From Chthoniobacteraceae bacterium (GTDB taxonomy: Bacteria; Verrucomicrobiota; Verrucomicrobiia; Chthoniobacterales; Chthoniobacteraceae): a DNA stretch of 12,050 nucleotides. Shown here one piece after another: positions 7,170 to 12,050 of the stretch. Position numbers and translations under genes: made by a program. Below the pieces are notes generated by a model that was not told the origin of the DNA, ran no database searches, and saw only the letters and a program-made list of their open reading frames with translations. The number at the start of each line of letters is the position of its first letter. Position 1 is the first letter of the stretch. Location: the NCBI GenBank assembly GCA_040081625.1, contig JBEBGD010000140.1, forward strand, positions 1-12,050, given 5' to 3'.

Positions 7170-7189
7170 CCCGCCCACTTTTTTATTCA

Positions 7190-7390
7190 ATGGGCCAGCA
7201 ATACAACAAAGTCATCAAGAGTCGCCGCCGTAAGCTCTATCTCAAGCGCAAGAAGGAAACCGCCAAGGCCGCACGCGCGGTCAAGCCGGTGAAGAAGAAG
7301 GCGCCGGCGAAAAAGAAGGAAGCCGCGCCTGTCGCGGTCGCCCCTGCCCCCGTGGCCGCGCCTGTCGCGGTTGAGACGGCTGCAGAGTAG
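7190..7390 (+). CDS. Small, highly basic hypothetical protein (66 aa) with an Ala/Pro/Lys low-complexity tail
   Basis: MGQQYNKVIKSRRRKLYLKRKK...; 14 Lys + 5 Arg in the first 43 residues. Preceded by an AT-rich initiation region and a candidate promoter, mostly G/C-ending codons, and fills an otherwise empty interval. Confidence 0.8.
   Translation: MGQQYNKVIKSRRRKLYLKRKKETAKAARAVKPVKKKAPAKKKEAAPVAVAPAPVAAPVAVETAAE
7322..7371 (+). repeat. Perfect 17-nt direct repeat GCCGCGCCTGTCGCGGT inside the small protein gene (encodes AAPVAV twice)
   Basis: Copies at 7322-7338 and 7355-7371, 33 nt apart and therefore in frame. Confidence 0.85.
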
Positions 7391-7427
7391 CTGCCGGCTG
7401 GTGCAGTAATGCACGGTGCATCGTCCG

Positions 7428-7859
7428 ATGCGCTACCTCATCGTCGATGGCCACAGCATGATCTTCGCCTGGCCGGAGCTGCGCGCCCTCCATTCGCGCC
7501 GCGCGGCGGTGGCCCGCGGTGAACTCGTGCGCCGCCTCACGCAATATCAGGATGCGACCGGCGTGCGCGTCGTCGCGGTCTTCGACGGGCGCGGCGTGAA
7601 GCAGAGCGAGGACTCCGAGCCCGGCGGCATCCAGGTCTTCTACTCGAAGTCCGGGCAGACCGCCGATTCGATCGTCGAGCGGCTTTGTGCGCGCTACGGT
7701 GGCGAGCACGAATTGATGGTCGCCACCGACGACAACATGGAACGCCAGACCGCGCTCAGCTTCGGCGCGTCCACGCTCTCCTCGGAGATGCTGCTCGCGA
7801 TGCTCGGCGAGGCCGGAGCCGACTTGCACCGCCGCCTTCGCCCCCACCGCCGCCGCTGA
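7428..7859 (+). CDS. NYN-domain (PIN-like) ribonuclease, YacP/Rae1 family (143 aa; alternative GTG start at 7416)
   Basis: MRYLIVDGHSMIFAWPEL, ARGELV..L..YQD, VVAVFDG, IQVFYSKSGQTADSIVERL, MVATDD..E....SFGA..LSS match the NYN_YacP layout of conserved acidic residues. Confidence 0.88.
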   Translation: MRYLIVDGHSMIFAWPELRALHSRRAAVARGELVRRLTQYQDATGVRVVAVFDGRGVKQSEDSEPGGIQVFYSKSGQTADSIVERLCARYGGEHELMVATDDNMERQTALSFGASTLSSEMLLAMLGEAGADLHRRLRPHRRR

Positions 7860-7862
7860 TCC

Positions 7863-8750
7863 CTACCGCCCCGGCTCCGCGAAAAGCGTGCGCGCGATCC
7901 AGCCCGGCGTCGTGTTTTTGATCACCATCTGCAGATCGAGCTGCTTCTTCCGTCCGTTGTCGTCGTAATAGAGCGACACGGTATTGTTCACGATCGCCAC
8001 CACGTCTCCGCTCTCATCGAGCACGGGGCAGCCGCTCGAGCCCTTCGCGAAGTCCGCGGTGATGCACGTGTAGTGCTCGTCGCCTCGCTCCCCGCGCCAC
8101 ACCGTGTTGCGGGCGACGATGCCCGTCGTCAGCATCCAGAAATGCTCATCGGGATGACTCATCACCGCGATCGGAGTCCCTGCCGGTGCGGCGGTGGCGG
8201 CGAGGCGGAGCGTGGGGAATACCATGTCGTCGGGCGCGTCGAGCTGGAGCACGGCGAGATCCTCGACCTCGTCCACGGCGAGCGCCTCGCGCACCGGGAA
8301 GACCCGCCCATCGCGCGTCATCGCCACGAAGCCGCGCGAATCCTTTTCGCCGATCACGTGCAGACTCGTCACCAGCGTCCCGCGCGCTCCGACGAAGAAG
8401 CCGCCCGCCGCGCTGGCGAACTTGAGTTCGCGATTCTTGCCCTCCGTGAAAAACTCCCCGAGCACCACCGTCGCCGCCTCGGCATTCGCGGCGAGACTCG
8501 CGAGCGTCGATTTCTCGCGGCCCGTCTCGGCGAGCGTCAGCGCGCAGCGGCGCGGCGCGGCCTTGATCGGGTTGACTCGTTTTGCCGCGAGCAGCTTGCG
8601 GCCCTCGGCTTCGAGATGCCCGATGATCTCGCGGTCGTCGAAGACTTGCCCCGCCAGCGGCGCGCGCGCCGGCGGATCGGGCGGTGACTTCGGCGGTTCC
8701 GCGCGCACGAGCAGCGCGAGGGCGAGGAGCGGGATCAGAGCGTGGCGCAT
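7863..8750 (-). CDS. Secreted trypsin-like (S1/Trypsin_2) serine protease without a PDZ domain (295 aa)
   Basis: Start corrected to ATG 8750 (signal peptide MRHALIPLLALALLVRA, then Pro-rich EPPKSPPDPP). Catalytic triad contexts: GGFFV...LVTSLHVI (His), EDLAVLQL (Asp), ADFAKGSSGCPV (Ser). Confidence 0.88.
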   Translation of the reverse strand: MRHALIPLLALALLVRAEPPKSPPDPPARAPLAGQVFDDREIIGHLEAEGRKLLAAKRVNPIKAAPRRCALTLAETGREKSTLASLAANAEAATVVLGEFFTEGKNRELKFASAAGGFFVGARGTLVTSLHVIGEKDSRGFVAMTRDGRVFPVREALAVDEVEDLAVLQLDAPDDMVFPTLRLAATAAPAGTPIAVMSHPDEHFWMLTTGIVARNTVWRGERGDEHYTCITADFAKGSSGCPVLDESGDVVAIVNNTVSLYYDDNGRKKQLDLQMVIKNTTPGWIARTLFAEPGR

Positions 8751-8831
8751 TGGCCGGGATACTTCCGGTGGCAAAAACAAGGCACAACCGATTTCGAGCG
8801 TAAGCCGATCTGAGTGGTCAAAGACGCTTCC

Positions 8832-9767
8832 ATGAAACGAATCTCTGTTGCCCAACGCGGGGACTGGTCGGCTTTCGACGCCTACCTCCGCGATGTCTCG
8901 AAACTGCCGGTCTTCACCGACGAAGAAACCCAGGCGCTCGGCGCACGCGCCTGCACGGGCGATGTCGATGCGCAGGAGCAGTTGGTCACCTCCCACCTCG
9001 GGCTCGTCGTGCGCATCGCGTATCACTACGCCGGCTTCGGCCTCGCGCTGGCGGATGTCATCGCCGAGGGCAATCTCGCCCTCATCCGCGCCGCGCAGCT
9101 CTACAACCCGAAGTTCGGCACCAAGTTCAGCACCTACGCCTCCGTCTGGGTCAAGCAGCGCATCCATCGCTCGATCACCAGCCAGGCCCGTGTCGTGCGC
9201 ATCCCCGTCTGGCGTTCGCAGCGGCTGCGCAAGCTCTCCCTCCTCAACGACCAACTCAGCGCCGAACTCGGCCGCGCCGCCACCGAGGACGATCTCGCCG
9301 AGCGCCTCGGCATCACTCCCGGGCAGATCTCCGAGCTGCAAGGCGACCGGCTCGAAGTCGTCTCGCTCGACGCGCCCGCGAACTCCGCCGAGCCCGAGGG
9401 CCGCCAGCTCGGCGACACCTTCACGGACGACAACGCCGAGCTGCCCGGAGTCGCGCTCGGCAGGGAGGAGTTGATCGAGGAAATCATGGCCTGCCTCCAC
9501 GGGCTCGACGACCGCGAGCTCGAGATCCTCTCGCTCAAGCACGGCTTCCATCCGGCCGGCCAGCTCTCCTTCCGCGAGCTGGGCCGCCGGCTCGGCGTCA
9601 GCCACGAATGGGTGCGCCGCATCGCCGAGCTCGCCGTCGTGAAAATCCGCCGCGCCATCGACGGACAGCGCGGCATGCCCCTCGACGAGCGACGCCGACT
9701 CAGCGGCAAAGTCCAGAAGCGCCTCAAGCGCCTCGCCGCCCGGACGCCCGCGGCGGTCTCCGCGTAG
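8832..9767 (+). CDS. Alternative sigma70-family RNA polymerase sigma factor (RpoD/RpoS-like, regions 1.2-4, no region 1.1), 311 aa
   Basis: Probable ATG at 8832. Region 1.2 FDAYLRDVSKLPVFTDEE; 2.1 LVTSHLGLVVRIA; 2.2 DVIAEGNLALIRA; 2.3-2.4 GTKFSTYASVWVKQRI; 3 RVVRIPV..LGRAATEDDLAERLG..SLDAP; 4 LDDRELEIL..SFRELGRRLGVSHEWVRRI. Confidence 0.92.
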   Translation: MKRISVAQRGDWSAFDAYLRDVSKLPVFTDEETQALGARACTGDVDAQEQLVTSHLGLVVRIAYHYAGFGLALADVIAEGNLALIRAAQLYNPKFGTKFSTYASVWVKQRIHRSITSQARVVRIPVWRSQRLRKLSLLNDQLSAELGRAATEDDLAERLGITPGQISELQGDRLEVVSLDAPANSAEPEGRQLGDTFTDDNAELPGVALGREELIEEIMACLHGLDDRELEILSLKHGFHPAGQLSFRELGRRLGVSHEWVRRIAELAVVKIRRAIDGQRGMPLDERRRLSGKVQKRLKRLAARTPAAVSA

Positions 9768-9776
9768 CCCGTCCCG

Positions 9777-9823
9777 CTCCTGCTCGTTTTCTTTTTCGCC
9801 GCCGCCGCGCGAAAAAGCAGGAG
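9777..9823. repeat. Bulged inverted repeat downstream of the sigma gene (pyrimidine-rich left arm, purine-rich right arm)
   Basis: CTCCTGC(9777-9783)/GCAGGAG(9817-9823) and TTTTTCGC(9792-9799)/GCGAAAAA(9809-9816) with an 8-nt bulge. No U-tract follows, so it is not a canonical intrinsic terminator. Confidence 0.6.
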
Positions 9824-9853
9824 AAGCCGCCCCGCTCGCGGCATGATGGCGCG

Positions 9854-10324
9854 ATGAGCCACGAACACACCGCCACCATCCGCTGGAAACTCACGAGCCC
9901 CGACTTCCTCCGCGGCAAATACTCCCGCGAGCACACCTGGACCTTCGACGGCGGCGCGACCATCCCCGCCTCGCCCGCGCCCAGCGTCGTGCCCGCGCCG
10001 TGGTCGAACCCCGCCCACGTGGACCCGGAGGAAGCCTTCGTCGCCTCCGTCGCGAGCTGCCACATGCTCACCTTCCTCTGGCTCGCGGGCCGCGCGGGCT
10101 TCGTCGTCGAGACCTACGAGGACACCGCCGCCGGCACGATGTCGAAGGACGCGCGCGGCGTCCCGTGGGTGAGCACCATCACGCTGCGCCCGCGCATCGG
10201 GTGGAGCGCGGAGAAAGTGCCCGCGCCCGACGAACTCGCGAAGCTCCACCACACGGCGCACGAGCAGTGCTTCATCGCCAACTCGATCAAGACCGAGGTG
10301 ACCGTCGCCCCGCCCGCGGCGTGA
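9854..10324 (+). CDS. OsmC/Ohr-family peroxiredoxin-like protein (156 aa)
   Basis: True start ATG 9854 (MSHEHTATIRW) inside track ORF 9608..10324. YSREHTWTFDGG, VDPEEAFVASVASCHMLTFL (Cys 1), LRPRI, HTAHEQCFIANS (Cys 2). Confidence 0.92.
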   Translation: MSHEHTATIRWKLTSPDFLRGKYSREHTWTFDGGATIPASPAPSVVPAPWSNPAHVDPEEAFVASVASCHMLTFLWLAGRAGFVVETYEDTAAGTMSKDARGVPWVSTITLRPRIGWSAEKVPAPDELAKLHHTAHEQCFIANSIKTEVTVAPPAA

Positions 10325-10325
10325 C

Positions 10326-11309
10326 TTACTTCGCGAGGTCCGCGGGCTTCACGCCCTTCTTGAAAGTGCCGAAGCCGTAGAACGTCGGCTGGAAATCGCC
10401 GACGAACGACACGTCCGCCTTCGCCGGCACCTCCAGCCCGTTGAAGGCGTAGCACGCATTCACCAGCAGCCGCCGCAGCCCCTCGTTCTTGAGGTCGGTC
10501 GCGCTGCCCATCGTCGTCGTGAAGATCTTGTTCGTCTTCCCCGCCTCATTCACCGGCGTGCGCAGCCACACCACCGGCTGCATCGGGTCGTTCTTCTTCG
10601 CGTCGGCCACCGGCGGCGACGCCGGGTCGAGCGTCGCCGTCACCTGCCCGCGCACGAGCACGATCGCGTCGTCGGGCGGCGTCGCGCCATACACATCGGT
10701 GTCGCCGAAAATATCGCCCACCCCGCGCAGGATCGGCACGTCCCTGGTCGCCGCCTCGATGATCCCGCGCGTGCCCTCGACCTTGTGTTTGCCGTGGTGG
10801 GAGACCCACGTCTCGCCGAGCACCTGCTTGCCGAATCCGCCCGGCCACACCTTCGAGTTGTAGCCATACTTCGCGTAGGCGCTCTCCTTCTTGTCGTAGT
10901 TAAAGGCGTGCGTGCTCGTGCGCAGCGCGATGATCGGCTTCCCCGCCAGATAGTAGTCGGCGAAGTGCTTCATCTGCTCATCCGGCCACGCCCGGAAGCG
11001 CAGCGCCATGATGCACAGATCCGCGCTCCCGAGCGCCTCCACCCCCGGCGCGTTGTCGCCCGCGGTCGGGTCGATCTCGCCGGTCTTCTTGTCGATGGCG
11101 AAGACCACCGTGCACTTGAACCCATGCCGCTCGCTGAGGATGCGCGCGAGCTGCGGCAGCGCCTCCTCGCTCCGATACTCCTCATCCCCGCTCAGCAGCA
11201 CGATGTGCCTGCCCTTGCCCGGCCCGGCCTTGCCATTGAAGACCAGCGTCTGCGGCGTGGCGGCGAATGCGGTGACGGTGACGGCGGCGAAAAGGGCGGC
11301 GAGTTTCAT
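10326..11309 (-). CDS. Secreted ThuA-like (class I glutamine amidotransferase-like fold) domain protein (327 aa)
   Basis: Start corrected to ATG 11309 (signal peptide MKLAALFAAVTVTAFA). HIVLLSGDEEYRSEE..PQLARIL..RHGFKCTV, ADL....RFR, GKPIIALRTSTHAF, GETWVSHHG, PMQPVVW, IFTTTMGS, RRLLVNACY: a ThuA-type family I associate with Planctomycetota and Verrucomicrobiota. Confidence 0.8.
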   Translation of the reverse strand: MKLAALFAAVTVTAFAATPQTLVFNGKAGPGKGRHIVLLSGDEEYRSEEALPQLARILSERHGFKCTVVFAIDKKTGEIDPTAGDNAPGVEALGSADLCIMALRFRAWPDEQMKHFADYYLAGKPIIALRTSTHAFNYDKKESAYAKYGYNSKVWPGGFGKQVLGETWVSHHGKHKVEGTRGIIEAATRDVPILRGVGDIFGDTDVYGATPPDDAIVLVRGQVTATLDPASPPVADAKKNDPMQPVVWLRTPVNEAGKTNKIFTTTMGSATDLKNEGLRRLLVNACYAFNGLEVPAKADVSFVGDFQPTFYGFGTFKKGVKPADLAK

Positions 11310-11342
11310 GGTGCGTGGGGAATCCAATCGGGTCGCGCGGAC

Positions 11343-12050
11343 TTAGACCAGCACTTCCACGAGGAAGAGATCGGACTGGCGCCCGCCCGCCCCGGGGCCC
11401 GTCGGCGCCAGCGCGATGAAGTCGTCGTTCCTCGTCGGCGCCAGCGGCACTTTCACCCCGCCGATGCTCGCCTTGCGGATGTGCTCCGCCACGATCCCGA
11501 ACTGATCCGTGTCGATCCCCGCCGTCCCGAAGACCTGCCCCCCGATCGTGATGGCCGCGATCTGCGCCACCCGCGTCGCGTTATCGCGCAGCGTGAACGC
11601 GCCGCCGCCGTCGTCGTAGCTCGCGTCGTCGCCGGTGCCGATCAGCCAATCCATCCCGCCATAAACCCCGGCCGTCAGACTCGACGCCACCCAATCCCCG
11701 CCCACCTTCACCGCGCCGATGGAAGCATCCGCATTGCGCAGCGTGCCCGTCGCCCCGGCGATGATCTGCGCCCACTCCACGCGCCCGCCGACCGTGAGCG
11801 ACTTGATCGCCACATCCAGCCCGCGCGCCGGCTCGCCCGCCTGGCCATAGGCGAGGATCTGCACCGGCGCCGCCGCCGTCCCCACCACATCGTGCTTGAT
11901 CTTGATCGCCCCGAGATCCGTCCCGCTCGCGATCGTGCTCTCGATCAAAGACCCGCCGACCGTGATCGCCGCGAACCCCTCCGACGCCGTCAGCGCCACC
12001 GCGCGCACGTCGCCTTTGACCGTGAACTTCCCCACCCGCCCATCGAACAC
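11343..12050 (-). CDS. C-terminal 235 aa of a large Gly/Val/Ile-rich, probably beta-solenoid surface protein (5' end outside the window)
   Basis: Open frame from the right edge to TAA at 11343-11345. Degenerate repeats VGKFTVKGDV, FAAITVGGSL, LGAIKIKHDV, IKSLTVGGRV, IGAVKVGGDW, IAAITIGGQV. Ends DQFGIVAEHIRKASIGG...SDLFLVEVLV. Confidence 0.8.
   Translation of the reverse strand: MFDGRVGKFTVKGDVRAVALTASEGFAAITVGGSLIESTIASGTDLGAIKIKHDVVGTAAAPVQILAYGQAGEPARGLDVAIKSLTVGGRVEWAQIIAGATGTLRNADASIGAVKVGGDWVASSLTAGVYGGMDWLIGTGDDASYDDGGGAFTLRDNATRVAQIAAITIGGQVFGTAGIDTDQFGIVAEHIRKASIGGVKVPLAPTRNDDFIALAPTGPGAGGRQSDLFLVEVLV

Noticed and set aside
7190..7390. Naming the small protein bS22, bTHX or the PVC signature protein
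   Set aside because: Only composition and size are similar; the specific motifs of those families, as I recall them, are absent.
7863..9605. 580-aa track ORF suggesting a protease with a large N-terminal extension
   Set aside because: The first ~285 codons are mostly the antisense shadow of the sigma gene; a clean signal peptide begins at ATG 8750.
9608..9853. N-terminal extension of the OsmC protein (238-aa ORF)
   Set aside because: It overlaps the sigma gene 3' end and the intergenic hairpin; family similarity starts at ATG 9854.
301..10261. Long antisense or alternative-frame ORFs (e.g. 301..1188, 3379..4170, 4330..5466, 6178..7011, 9134..10261)
   Set aside because: They lie over well-supported genes, show no recognisable motifs, and are expected in high-GC DNA with few off-frame stops.
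11000..12050. More frequent GGG/GTG codons at the right end, suggesting foreign origin
   Set aside because: Impression by eye only; GC content looks similar to the rest, the protein is Gly/Val-rich, and there is no mobility gene or boundary repeat.

Overview
GC-rich bacterial chromosomal segment of core and envelope genes, with no mobile element, CRISPR array, rRNA or tRNA detected. The gene families suggest a PVC-superphylum organism, most likely Verrucomicrobiota (Chthoniobacter-like); this is inference. Gene order: [N-terminus of a secreted, probably S8-peptidase-type protein, running off the left edge, -] [rhomboid/Derlin-like membrane protein with C-terminal Zn finger, -] <mirrored heptamer arrays> [gcvT +][gcvH +] [serine hydrolase-NamZ/DUF1343 fusion, -] [typA/bipA, -] <divergent sigma70-type promoters> [66-aa Lys/Arg-rich protein +][NYN/YacP(Rae1)-like RNase +] [secreted trypsin-like protease, -] [divergent RpoD/RpoS-like sigma factor +][OsmC/Ohr +] [secreted ThuA-like protein, -] [C-terminus of a large repeat-rich protein, -]. 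Several ORF-track starts are over-extended and are corrected here. The most interesting signals are a candidate ribosome-associated module (typA / tiny basic protein / Rae1-like RNase), mirrored TCTCAAC heptamer arrays abutting two non-ATG starts, a sigma factor with altered promoter-recognition residues, and a one-polypeptide AmiE-like + NamZ peptidoglycan-processing enzyme. All family calls rest on motif recognition by eye; no searches were run.
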